Positions 22,256-33,399 of a DNA stretch of 33,399 nt are shown piece by piece (positions within the stretch are counted from its first letter, which is position 1; each line of letters begins with the position of its first letter). A model generated the notes under the pieces. That model ran no database searches and was not told the origin of the DNA. It was given only the letters and a program-made list of their open reading frames with translations. Where the stretch lies: positions 13,592,879 through 13,626,277 of the forward strand of contig MU053881.1 in the NCBI GenBank assembly GCA_013239625.1, read 5' to 3'. The DNA comes from Lama guanicoe. Its lineage: Eukaryota. A program made the translations under genes and the position numbers.

Positions 22256-22677
22256 AAATAAAATCATAATAATCCTACCACTTTTAACAACTTATTGTAT
22301 TCTCATCCAGATATTTTTAGGCTAACTCATACATGTATGTGTGTTATGCCACATTTAAACTAGCAACAATTGCCACCTTTCTATTTCAATGTGTTAGCTC
22401 CTATAACATACCATATTAAAAATTTCCCCAAGTTTTTTGAACAATGGGCTTTTCTAAAGCTGAGTTCTGAATCCAGGATTACACCATGCATCTGAGAGTT
22501 ACTCATCTTAAATCTATTTTAATCCACCCCAATCCCCCCCCCATTTTTTTTTTAAATACTGACTCAATAAAGAGATGAGACAGGATTTTTGTAGAATATT
22601 TAACCTACTGTTGTGTTTTTAAAATTTTTGTTTTCTTGGCTGTATCTTAATTTTTAATCATGAAATCCTTCCCATTT

Positions 22678-22775
22678 TTTTCATTCAGAATTATTTTTGA
22701 GACATAATCATGTATTAGGTCATCTGCTCAGCCCTGGGAATACAGCAGTAAGCAAGACAGAGAAGTCTTGTCTAA
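22678..22775 (-). mobile_element. L2 3' end fragment
   Basis: tcattcagaattatttttgag...ccctgggaatacagcagtaagcaagacaga. Confidence 0.8.
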
Positions 22776-22869
22776 GAAGGAAATAAAAAATCAAGAGGTC
22801 TTTTCTAAATACCACAAGAACGTTACATGTAAATGGGGAGAGAGTTGGGAATGGTGCTTACTGTAATGG

Positions 22870-23105
22870 GCGAGCATTTCTCAGTGAGTTTGTTCCTATG
22901 TATTAAGTGGCCAGTGAGTTTGAGAAATTCTGGGTTAACAAGATTAGTCAATTTCTTCACTGTTGGATTTCTCAGAGCTAGTAATAAACTAATATGGGTA
23001 GTAAATCTCTAAGGAAAAAAGAAAACAAAGAATATCGGTAGTGTTTCCCTAATACGTCTGACCATGGCACACTTCTCTTGAGAAACATCTTAGTGGAGCT
23101 CATTG
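22870..23105. mobile_element. hAT-Charlie DNA transposon relic (Charlie4-like; subfamily uncertain)
   Basis: agtttgagaaattctgggttaacaag...ttcttcactgttggatttctcagagc...gtgtttccctaatacgtctgaccatgg resembles a recalled Charlie-family consensus. Confidence 0.65.
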
Positions 23106-23385
23106 GGTCTGGGCTGGTGATGTCTGTGCAAATTCCTAGCACAGTCAAGGAGGAAATACTGTACAGAAGTCGGGAGATTCTGAATTTCAGCAGAATGCTT
23201 GCTGTCTACTTTTTCAGCCTTTGCAAATGGCAGTTAAACATGGAAAAAAACCCCAACTCAAAATAGTCTTCTCAAGTTTCTAAGTTCAGTAGGGCATAGT
23301 TCATCACTTGTGTGAAGTATGGGAACGTGGCCACAGGGAGTACCTCTGAACGTGCATCACCTACATACTTCAAGGTATGTGTTTT

Positions 23386-23658
23386 GAAAGGGGGTGGGAA
23401 GGGATAAATTTGGGAGTTTGAGATTTGCATATGTTAGCCGCTATATGTAAAAATAGACCCAAACCCCCCCCCCCAAATTTCTTCTTAAAGCACAGGGAAC
23501 TGTATTCAATATCTTGTAATAACATTGAATGAAAAAGAATGTGAAAATGAATATTATGTATATGCATGACTGGGACATGGTGCTGTGCACCAGAAATTGA
23601 CACATTGTAACCGACAATACTTCAATAATAAATAAATAGATAAATAAATAAATAAAAA
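23386..23658 (+). mobile_element. Lineage-specific LINE-1 3' end (camelid-type), severely 5'-truncated, (AAAT)n tail
   Basis: gggataaatttgggagtttgagatttgca...gcatgactgggacatggtgctgtgcaccagaaattgacacattgtaaccgacaatacttcaat followed by (aaat)n. Confidence 0.88.
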
Positions 23659-24284
23659 TTTTAGAATGGACAGAAAAAAATTTTTTAAATTAAAGAATTA
23701 ATATGATCATACCTATGTCTCTGAGGCACCACCCTTTTTAAGGCTAGAATGTTAGGTTCAACCATATGTAGGGGAAGGTTACTACGCTCTAAAGAGATTT
23801 GACAGGGGCCCAAAGATCGACTTAACTTGTACAGAGAAGGCAGCTTCAGGATTAACGTATGTTAAAGATGCTTCTTTATGCCTCTGAGACAGCTTGAGAA
23901 AGAAGAATTAAAGTGAGAAGGAATGATGTTGGCTTTGAAGGCTGTCGCAGTGACTGTCTTGCTACAAATTCATGCAAATTCTGTCTTTCGGTCAGGAACC
24001 AGTCCTCCCGCATGGAACCAGAAGACGACAAGAACGCTAGCTGGATAGACGCAGCAGAATAGTTTTGGCAGATCTCCTTTTTTCAGAAAGCTTATAGTTC
24101 GATTTTCTAAATCTCCGAAGCCCAGGCACACGTGCACACATTGTGAAGGGCACGTTTCCCTTGCCACCTTCCCACCCACGTTTTTGGGAAGGCATTTTTA
24201 ATGCTGAATGAGAAGGTTTGGAAGCGGCAAAGCTTACTGTTCATGATGAAGCTGAGAAGGGGGAGAGAGTGCAAGAGGATGTGG

Positions 24285-24432
24285 GGGTGACACCCAGGGG
24301 TCTGTCTCCTCCCAGTCCTTAAGTGGCTGCACAGTCGTGGGAGGAAGGACCGGTTTCAGGGTTTCAGTTCCGTCTTCTATAAGTTTAGAGGACTCGACTC
24401 CGAGTTAAGAGCCTCCCAGCTCCAAGAATTAG
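24285..24432 (+). mobile_element. MIR3-like SINE (degenerate)
   Basis: gggtttcagttccgtcttctataagtttagaggactcgact...cctcccagctccaagaatt resembles the MIR3 core and tail. Confidence 0.5.
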
Positions 24433-25030
24433 CCTGTCCGTAATGACTTGGGGATTCAGGACCACTGCTGCCTCTTAGATCATTCACCTTGGAGTCTGAG
24501 GAAGATGAATGGCTGTGTCATTCCAATTTCCGACTGTGACTTTTCAGTTTGATGTTAAGCATTAAAAGCACATGGACAGCTCTGCCTTCAAAGGCCCTGG
24601 GATCAGAATGTGCGTATAAGACTCTTACCACATTGTTATTAAAGCTAACCATGGTCAGTACCAGATGTGGGGATGAAATGAACTGTTCATCACTAGCAGG
24701 TTTCTGCTTTCGGTGAAGTAAGGAACATTTCTTTTCACAGAAGGAATGATTCCAAAACCAGTCCTATTCTAACTGGTATCGGTGCCACGCATAGAAGTGC
24801 ATAATGTATTTTTAATTGCCATTTATATGTTGACTTTGGGGAAGTCAGACATTCATTTTGCGGTAGAACAGGTCAGTTAGGTTATCATCAGGCCCTGGTA
24901 TATCTCTGGCAGTTTCTTTCCTCTTCCAAAATAAGCATGTGTGATCATTAGAAGGAGACTTATAGAAGAGAAGGTGCTGAAAATGACAATAATTTTCATG
25001 CACTGAGTCCCTGTTCTGTGCCAAAGCCTG

Positions 25031-25108
25031 TATACATATATGTATATGTGCATGTGTGTGAGTGTATATGTATGTATATATATAAATATAAATATAAATA
25101 TAAATATG
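25031..25108. repeat. Compound (TA/TG)n + (TATAAA)4 microsatellite
   Basis: Seen directly; tataaa x4 at 25081-25104. Confidence 0.9.
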
Positions 25109-25212
25109 AACTCTAACCCTCACTGTGGGTCTGCCAGGAGGCTTTTTCACTTGTCTGGCCGTATTTAATAGGTGATTCTGTTCACCTCATTACCTTTGAT
25201 CTCTGTTTTCAG

Positions 25213-25297
25213 GGAGGACTCGATTTAGCACATGAAATACTATACTTGAAACCTGGGCCTGCACGTTATACTTGGCATGGCACTAAGTACAGGATAG
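25213..25297 (+). other. Candidate 85-nt exon
   Basis: Branch-like ctcat, then tacctttgatctctgttttcag acceptor (39-nt AG-free zone) and donor TAG|GTAACC. Confidence 0.25.
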
Positions 25298-25996
25298 GTA
25301 ACCACATGTTGGGTTACGTGCGTTTGTTGCCTAAGCAGATGCGTATTTATGTCGTTACAGATGTACATGGAGTGGAAATGTAAATTTACTGTTGGTTTAA
25401 AAACCCGAATGGATAGCCTTTTAGCTCGGTGCTAGTGGGGCTGTTTTGTCATCGTTTTGAGTGTGCTAAAATGAGAAGCGTTATTATATTCACCATCAGA
25501 CTATAAACCTTTATGCCCTTCTTAATGGATACAAGTAGCACTTTATAAGTTTTACGAAGTGTACTGATGGCCCGGAGTTGACCGAGTTTCCCCTGTGAGA
25601 GCATCTCGTTTGCTTCAGCACTGGTTCCTGGCCAGCGTGTTTTTGGCTCGGTCAGCTCAAATCCTCTTGAGAAGTAGGTGCAGCACAATGTACTAAGTAG
25701 TCAGAAAATGAGAAAATATATATATTTTTAGTTTGATACAAGAGAAAAATAGCTATCTTTTTACCATTTGTTTTATTTGCTTGTTTAAATAGTGACTGCC
25801 CACACTGAACACTTACTGTACCAGATGTAGAAGCTGTCACATGCACACTTTCATTCTTGGAAGCATCTTGCAAGACAGGCATCATTTTTCCAACTTGCAG
25901 AGGAGATTGCCGGACCCCTCTGGCTGGAGGCTGCCCAGGGAGTTAGTAATCTGGCCTCTGCATCTCCAGTTCTGTCATGATCCATGAATTTAATAA

Positions 25997-26310
25997 TGTC
26001 TGCAGCGTTAGGCTAAGGCCAGCTTCTGTGATCAACCCCCAGGTTTCAATGACGACACAATAGAAGTTTATTTCTCACTCGTTGATTGAGCAGACCAGTG
26101 AAGACCTTCCTGTTTGAACAGGCTGCTTTCCTTTCTGCTGTGATGCAGGGACTTGGGTTCTTTCCTTCCAGAGCTCTGTCATTCCCCAGGGTTGTGAAAG
26201 AGAAGAGAGAGGGCCTCCGTGGTCTGAGAGTGACACATTGTACAGGCTTGCATTTGATGGGCTCAAAAAGATAATGAGCAAGGGGGTGGGGAGGGCTGCG
26301 AAGAACAGTC
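25997..26310 (-). mobile_element. MLT1 (ERVL-MaLR, MLT1K/L-like) solo LTR remnant
   Basis: taggctaaggc...caacccccaggtttcaatgacgacacaatagaagtttatttctcactc...gagtgacaca resembles antisense MLT1 LTR. Confidence 0.65.
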
Positions 26311-26419
26311 CCAAGCGTGGCTTTATAAAACACAAGGATTATGTGTATGTGGATGTGTGTGTGCACGTGTGTCCCAGGTAGGATGGGGTCCTCATTTATA
26401 ATGCTGAGAACACGGCATT

Positions 26420-26552
26420 GAAAAATACACCTAAAGGAGAGGTCTAGTGTGTTCCTGGTTACTTTGGACAGTGATGTTTTGAGCTATTTAAAATTTCTTC
26501 ATATCTTTACATAGTGTCCAAATTTTCTATAATCAGTTTTATGATAATAAAA
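26420..26552 (+). mobile_element. Ancient L1 (L1ME-type) 3' end fragment
   Basis: tggttactttgg...tccaaattttctataatc...ataataaaa. Confidence 0.45.
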
Positions 26553-28059
26553 CCCAGTGAGCACATTTTCAAGGTGACTGAGGGCATTCTTACATAACTG
26601 TGCAGGGCCAGGACTAGCGTGGGGTGTCAGGGTCTGCAACTGGAGAAGGGTTGTCAAGTCCTGACTCTACACTTGCAGAAGGCAGCGATGCGGTGGGTGA
26701 TTATGCTCACAAAACGGGGCTGGACTGTTGGTGCATTCAGTGGATGTTAAGAAGATGTGATGCAGAGAGAGGCAGTGGTAAAGCTCTGTACCCAATGTCA
26801 CTTTCATCTCAAATGAAAAAAAAAATTGGCTTTGCCTCCAAAAGTGATCATATGCATTTCTGTTTCATCTCAGCACATCAGATATTCTCTTGGAAGCCTT
26901 GACCAAGCACATTCTCTTTGCTCTGCCTGGGTCTGCAAATTGGCCTCCTTCTCAGCTTTCTGCAAGCTTGTCAAAAGTATGAAAGCAGTGATATGTACTT
27001 ATTTTAAAATGTCCTTTCTTGTTAATACCATCAGATCTCTTCCAGAGGCTGCTGCTTCAGAGAGATTGAGCCTGTCCCATGCTGAGCAGAACAAAAATAA
27101 GCATCTAAAATATTGAAAAGGGTCTGCTTAACACCTCGTGTGTCTCTCTGTCTTATACTTTTCACTTTTCCTATAAAAATCTCTGCTTAGATGGAAAGTA
27201 AAAAAAAAAAAAGTCAAATAAGTTAGGATGGGCTCTACCCCTTGCAAGTAGGCGTAAGTCAGATAAATTTGGTTGGAAGAAGAATGTGATGGAGTCTGCA
27301 TTATAGTCAGCCCTGACAGATGCTTGTGGGAACCTTTGTGAGATGTTTGTCTGTCTATTCCCAGCTCCCCAGTGTCTGTTGCAAAGTTGTTCTTTTGTAA
27401 GCAGCTGATTAATGAACCATAGGTGGAAACTTCCTGGGGGATCAAAAAACACAAGAAGCTTCTTGTAAACAATTTCATTTTGATGTGCTTAATAACAATG
27501 TGCACCACTGGCCAAGGTGCCCTAGGCAGAAAATGGATTCTTAAAACTTGGATGGCATAGATTTCAAAGATCATTTTCAAGATGGCCGTCAGATGTCCCA
27601 CATCGGGCAAAAGTAAAAATTTACATCAATGATCACTCAGTGAACTTGGTTTGAAAACACAATGGTGATATGTAAGCAACTTCTGATATTTAAGGAGACT
27701 TAAAAAAATAACTTATTGGTGTCATGCTAATGAGGCATTTATGTGATTTTCCTCGGTGATTTTATGTGTATATGTAGTTTTCCTGATTAACTTGATCAAA
27801 CCAATCTCTCATTACCTGACAGCAGCAGAGACTTTGTGATAGTGAGTTTTTTACTTAGTGCCTTTGTGCACAAGGAGAGAAAAAGAATAGTTCTAGCTTT
27901 CTTACAGTTTTACAGCATCTCATGAAAAATAAATTGGAAGGTTTGCTAAATAACTGTGTAGAAATCCAAAATTATAAAGCAAGTGATTGTTTTCTTTGCA
28001 AATGATTCTTCATTTTCCCACACACAATACCTTAGCTAATTAAGTGTCCCTAAGATAGT

Positions 28060-29305
28060 TTTTTTTATTGTACATTTCAGTAGCATTAAGTCTATTCACA
28101 TGATTGTGCTTCCAATCTCCAGAACACTTTGCATCTTGCAGAACTGAAACTCTGTACCCGTAAACAACTCCACCTTTCCTTCTCCTCCCAGTGCCTAGAA
28201 AATGCCGTCTTATTTTCTGTCTCTGTGGATTTGACGACTTCAGCTACTTTATATGAGCAAAATCTCTTTGTGACTAGCTTATTTCACCAAGCGTAATGTT
28301 CTCAAGGATTATCCATGTTGTAGCACGTGCCAGAATTTCCTTCCTTTTTAAGACTGACAGAGAATCCATTGTATGTGCCACATTTGTCTTAACCATTCCC
28401 TTGCTAATGGGCATTTGGGTTGCTCCCACCCCTTGACTATTGTGAACAATGTTGTTGTAAACACGGGTGTGCATATATCTCTTCAAGATCCTGCTTTCCA
28501 TTCTTTTGGATATATACTGAGAAGTGGGATTTCTGGATCATATAGTAGTTCTATCTGTAATTTTTTAAAGAACTACCATACTGTTTTCCATAGCAGTTGC
28601 ATTATTTTGCATTCTCACCAACAGTGTACAAGAGTTCTAATTTCTCTACATCTTCATCAACACCTATTATTTTCTTCCTTTCCTTTCCTTTCCTTTCCTT
28701 TCCTCTTCTTTTCTTTTCTTTTCTTTTCTTTCTTTCCTTTCTTTCTTTCTTTCCTTTCTTCCTTCCTTCCCCAGTTATAATAGCCATTCAATAGATATGA
28801 GGTGATATCTCATTGTGGTTTTGATTAGCATTCTCAAATGACTTGTAATGTTTAGCGTCTTTTTATTTACTTATTGGCCATTTATATGTCACTTTGGAGA
28901 AATGGCTATTCAAGTCCCTTTGCTCATTTTTCAGTCAGCCTTATTTATTTATTATTGAGGTGTAGGAATTCTTTATACATTCTGGATATTAATCCCTTGT
29001 CAGATATGTGATTTGCAAATGTTTTCTCCCATTCCATAGGTTGTCTTTTCACTCTCTTGAGCTGTGTCCTTTGATCCACAGAATATTTTAGATTTTCTGT
29101 AGTCCCATTTGTTGCTAATGCTTTTGATGTCGTGTCTAAGAAGCCATTTGCAAACTCATGTCCTGAAGCTTTTCCTCTATGTTTTCTTCAACTTTAGATC
29201 TCACATTTTCTCTTAAATACATTTTGAGTTGCTTTCTGTACATTGGTAAGGTAAGGTCCAATTTCATTCTTTTGCATGTGGATCTCCACTTTTTTCCAAC
29301 ATCGC
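28060..29305 (-). mobile_element. L1MB-type LINE-1: 3' UTR + ORF2 C-terminal region
   Basis: catcttgcagaactgaaactctgtaccc and agaatttccttcctttttaag. ORF 28274-28501 LKRKEILARATTWIILENITLGEIS matches the ORF2p C-terminus. Confidence 0.92.
28670..28772. repeat. 103-nt uninterrupted pyrimidine tract, (TTTCC)n-(TTTTC)n-(TTTC)n-(TTCC)n
   Basis: Read directly; no purine between 28670 and 28772. Confidence 0.95.
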
Positions 29306-29406
29306 TTCTACCTCACTTTTTGGAGAGGGTGGAGAGAGAGGAGGACAGAAACAATGTTGGGAAGTGATGAGTCAAAATCAAAACTGGCAGTGAGATGAGG
29401 GTTGCA

Positions 29407-29845
29407 GAGGCAGCTCAGTATAGTACTAAGAACATGGGCTCCATCACCAGAAAGCCCCTGGGCCAAATGAAAACTTAGAAAATCATTGACTAAATGAGAT
29501 CAGGGACGTCGATCACCTCTCTGTGTTTCATATGTGTTCACCTGGAAAATGGCAGTAATAAGAATAAGGATCATGATAATAGCAAATGTTTGCAGAAGAC
29601 TTAATCTGAGCCAGACATTCTACTCAATCAATTTCCTTGGGTAAACTTATTTACTACCAGGAACTATTGTTTCCTTTGTTTTACAGAGTAGGATGTCTCA
29701 GGGAGGTGGAGTAGCATGTGAGAACAGCAGCTAGTACCTGGTACATCTAGTGCATAATTTATAGGGCTGTTGTGATGATAAATGAGATAGTAAAAAGGGT
29801 TAGACTAGGGCCGTAGGCATATATAAGGGACAGACTAATTAGATA
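29407..29845 (+). mobile_element. MIR SINE split by an oppositely oriented MIR
   Basis: 5' half to cacctggaaaatggcagtaataag (~29570); 3' half atagggctgttgtgatgataaatgagata (~29755-29845). Confidence 0.7.
29572..29738 (-). mobile_element. MIR SINE (nested, antisense)
   Basis: ataatagcaaatgttt...gagccagacattct...ttttacagag...tctcagggaggtggagta...cagctagta. Confidence 0.65.
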
Positions 29846-31254
29846 AGTTGAAATAAACTTGTAAAATAATTAAAAAGCACAAAATAAGAGGGAGCAAATC
29901 ATACATACGAAGTGTATTTTTAATGTGGATTATCTCAGGGTGAACTGAATCCCCTGGTGAGGGTATTGTGTATTAAGGTAAGGGACAGAGATGACCAGTT
30001 ATACTGACTTGATTTTTTTTTTTAGCCATCCTTAGATTGAGTCCTGTTATCACTGAGAAGGTAAATCCATAGCAAAATGATCTAAGCGAAAATAGTCAGG
30101 AAGCTCATTGCCTTGACCACATGCATTTTAGTTTCACGTACAAGAAAATTGTCACTTCTGAACTTGGATTTCCCTTATGGGTGATCTGAGGTGCAGCTCT
30201 CATGTCCCGAATGTGTCTCTAGCAATTAGTCAAAGCTGCTACCATGTGCTTCTTCCAAAACGTTGCAATTGAACATCTGGTGTGATGGCTTCTGCTAAGT
30301 GGAAGCTGAGTTTTACTCCATTAACGTTCTAGTTTAGGAGGTTGAGAACGTGGAAATATTACCATGACCTATAATTGGATCAGCAATTTGTGGGCTCAGC
30401 TGTAGAAGACAGCATTTTAAAGAACTAGGCTTTACAGGAAGGCCAAGAAACAAGATTAATCACCAAAGCTCAAGATTTTAGCACAATTACAGCAATTTTC
30501 AAAGCTTGGAGAAGGTAGTTACATCAAACAGGTAAAGCAAATTAAACGACTCACATACTATCAGGGATGGAAATAAATCTTAAGCCCTGATCAGTAACAG
30601 AAGGTAACTGTTAGGTGGTGTTATGTCCTCAGATGGCAGACCAAACACTTGTGAACTGACCCGTACGTACACCACCATCTTCTCCCCAAACAGAAATAGG
30701 GAGAAAGCACAAAGATAGGGGAAAATGACATAATTACACTTGTAAGTTTCCCCATATACATAAACATGCTTTGAAAAAAGAAAGGGGAGTCTCTGTAGAT
30801 TCGAAGTGGTGAGATCTCCAGGCAAGAAAAAGCACATGGACAACCGTGGCGATAAATGAAGGTAGGGAGAGTGCTGAAGCTTTGTAGTGGAGCAGCCATC
30901 AAGTACAGGCCACCCCAGTGCACCAGGCAGGCTGGAGACCAGGTAAGATGCTGAGCTGTCCAGAGTGGAAGTCTCTACCAGAAGCAGGGACCTGCCTGTG
31001 GCCAGAACAGTGTCACTAGACTGTGAAAGGAGTAGGTAGACAGACTGAGCCTCAGGAAGTTGTTTCTCATTATTTAGTGATAAAATACCTTAAATGGCTT
31101 ATGCTGGTATTTTCTTCTTTTGGTTTATCTTATTAACGGTTAAGCATTGTCAAGTGACTGAATATGTCAATTCATGTTGAGGTGAATGAAAAGAAACAGA
31201 AATTTGGAAAGAATGCAAAAAATAAAAACCCAATGGTTATTAAAAGTCAACCTA

Positions 31255-31885
31255 GTAATTGTATTGCTTTCATAGTCCTAAAGTATCTACCCCAAGATAT
31301 CTGTTGATTACAAAGGAGAGTAGGAACTTGACGGTGGAGAAACGTGGCAGATACAACCTAAACCAACTGTTCCGAGATTAATATCATCCCCAGTGAGAAG
31401 ACATGTTGACATTATGTACTCCTTATATGATGGGTACAATGTTTCTGTGATGATATTCTGGCCAAACCTTATAAGCTCAGTTTAACCATGAGCACACATC
31501 AGACAACCACAAAGCGAGAGACATTCAACAAGACAGCTGACCAGCACCTTCCAGTGTCTGAGTATCATCAAAGACAGGGAAAGATGGAGGAGCTCTCAGA
31601 GACGGAAGGAGGCTGAGAAACAGAAGAACTGAGTACGAGGTGGGGTCTTGGACTGGATCCTGGAACAGAAAAAGGACATTAGTGAATAAATGGATGATAT
31701 TCTAATAAGGTCTGCAGTTTAGTAAATAGTATTATGTTAATGTCAACATTCCTGGTTTGATATTGTTCTATGGTTATGCAAAATGTTAATCTTAGAGGAA
31801 GCTGTGTGAAAACTATACAGAAACCCTCTGTACTTACTTTTTGTTTGTTTTAAAGTTAAACTAATTGTAGAAAGAAATTTAAAAG
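31255..31885 (+). mobile_element. L1MC-type (MER42-like) 3' UTR
   Basis: ggtggagaaacgtggcagata, acatcagacaacc, ggactggatcctggaacagaaaaaggacattagtg and aatgttaatcttagaggaagctg. Confidence 0.9.
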
Positions 31886-32599
31886 AAAGCAGCAAAATAA
31901 GAAAATGTTTTATATGGATAGATATCTATGAAATATCCAGTAGCAGGAGGTAACATTTTCAGCAGAAAAATGTTTATAGAGCGAGAATAGGCAGTTCACC
32001 AAACGTTAAAGGTAGAGAAGGTAAGAAACACGTAACACAAATTATTTCGTACCATGTACTTTGTGGAACACTAAGCCAAAGAAACAGGAAGAGTGTGAAT
32101 CTTGCTATTAGACAATGAATTCAAAGACAGCAAGAAACAATCACAAGAAGTATTTTAGACATTTAGAAGATTTTGAAATGGCAAGATGCGTTTGCAGACA
32201 AAGGCAGCAAGGCATTTCTTAGAATGGAATTATTTTATCCCTAGGGGTGGCCTTGGAAACTTCCTAGTCCAGTTGCTTCTTTGGACAAAAGGGGAATTGT
32301 GAACCTGTAACCTTCAATTGTTGTCCTCTCAGCCCAAACTGATGGGCCCATGTGTCTCCTTGATTTGCATGGAGGTGGCTTATTTTGTGCTTCACTCTAC
32401 TGCACCCCCCACGAGTGTCCAAGCACCTCTCATTTACCCCAGTTCCTAAGTTAATTAGCTTTAGTTCTTTTGAGTTGGAAACAGAGACCAGAGAGAGAAA
32501 TTTCTCTTTCTCTTCATTCATCTCAACCAAGGTTACAGCAGAGGGACAGGGAAGTATTAGAGTGAGGACCTGGGTGTGTTTGACCCTAACGACCATGGG

Positions 32600-33150
32600 G
32601 TTTTTTTGTTTAAGCAGTTTTAAAACTTTAAAAATTTACATGCAGAAATAAATGCACTCATTTTGGTGTATTGTCCTGTGCGTTTTAACAAATTTCCTGA
32701 AGTTGTTCACCACCACTATGGTTAAACTGCAGAGCACTCCTATTACCCAGAATCATCTCTTCGTGCTGACCCGTCGTGGTCCACCTCCCCTCCACCTCAA
32801 ACTCCAGAGAAGCAGTAATCGGTTCTTTGTCCCTATAGTTTTATGTGTTTCAAAAATGTCATATAAATGGTCATGTAGTATGTGTTCTTTTGAATCTGGC
32901 TTCTTCGACTGAACATTGTTTTATTTGGAAACCAGTGATGGTGTTGAATATATCAAGAAATGCCCTAAACATTTGCTCACAGGTATGGGATCACTAGGTT
33001 GTTATGTCAAATATGTGTAAACTATATAAGAAACTGTCCAGCTGTTTTCCAAGTGGCTGATGCTTTTCCTCCCACCTGCAGGTATGAGTTTTAGTTGCTC
33101 TGCACCATCAGTGGCACTTGAAATCGTCAGCTGGGTTTTTGGTTTGGTTT
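32600..33150 (-). mobile_element. Ancient L1 (L1MC/L1MD-type) 3' end with internal deletions
   Basis: tgtccctatagtttt...aatgtcatataaatgg...ttttgaatctggcttctt and agaaactgtccagctgttttccaagtggctg. Confidence 0.85.
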
Positions 33151-33399
33151 TGTTTTATTTTGAGGGCTGCACTCAACATATTTACTTACATAAAACTTAA
33201 AAGTTTGGAGACCACTTACCTATGGGATGTGGGAATGTCCTAGCTCCAAATGTCACATATATAGTAATGAATATGTGGGTCTCACACTCAGAAGAGAGAT
33301 CTAACTTAGGGATCTAACTTGCTTGCTTGTTTATCTATTTATTTATTATTTATTTACATTTGCATGTTCCAGGTGATCCTGTTTTGTTTTGTTTTGTTT

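Noticed and set aside
25081..25104. Tandem TATA boxes
   Set aside because: Simple repeat with no promoter context.
24845..25150. 101-aa ORF with IYIYIY repeats
   Set aside because: Translation of the (TATAAA)n/(TA)n microsatellite.
27128..27610. 160-aa minus-strand ORF
   Set aside because: No ATG at the listed start, runs through a poly-A/T tract (FFFF), no recognisable domain; compatible with chance.
28373..28794. Phe/Ser/Leu-rich and Lys/Arg/Glu-rich ORFs
   Set aside because: Translations of the pyrimidine microsatellite and surrounding L1.
33060..33088. polyY-CAG|GTATGA recursive splice-like site
   Set aside because: Derives from standard antisense L1 sequence (cccaccagcagtgtatgag); no independent support.
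33160..33385. Possible MER5-type DNA transposon fragments
   Set aside because: Only short motif resemblance (agtttggagaccact, ccaggtgatcct) near the window edge; not enough to call.

Overview
A 33.4-kb window of AT-rich, CpG-depleted mammalian (eutherian) non-coding DNA. No intact protein-coding gene, RNA gene or CRISPR/prokaryotic system is supported. The informative ORFs in the track are decayed LINE-1 ORF2 fragments. A large part of the window is transposon relics: many MIR, L2 and L3/CR1 fragments, a ~6-kb ancient minus-strand L1 (7375-13453) carrying three nested insertions (L1MC-type 3' end, MER58A, a cetartiodactyl L1), an L1MB-type element with a 103-nt pure pyrimidine tract, MLT LTR remnants, a hAT-Charlie element and a short L1 3' end whose sequence points to a camelid host. 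Several plus-strand exon-like units (494/506-568, 19614-19726, 25213-25297) and the mostly antisense large L1s suggest a long intron of a plus-strand gene, which I cannot identify. Repeat families were assigned by eye from recalled consensus sequences, so boundaries are approximate (tens of bp) and subfamily names are tentative. I found no convincing novel biological system; the best leads are the candidate exons and a CArG box inside a palindrome.
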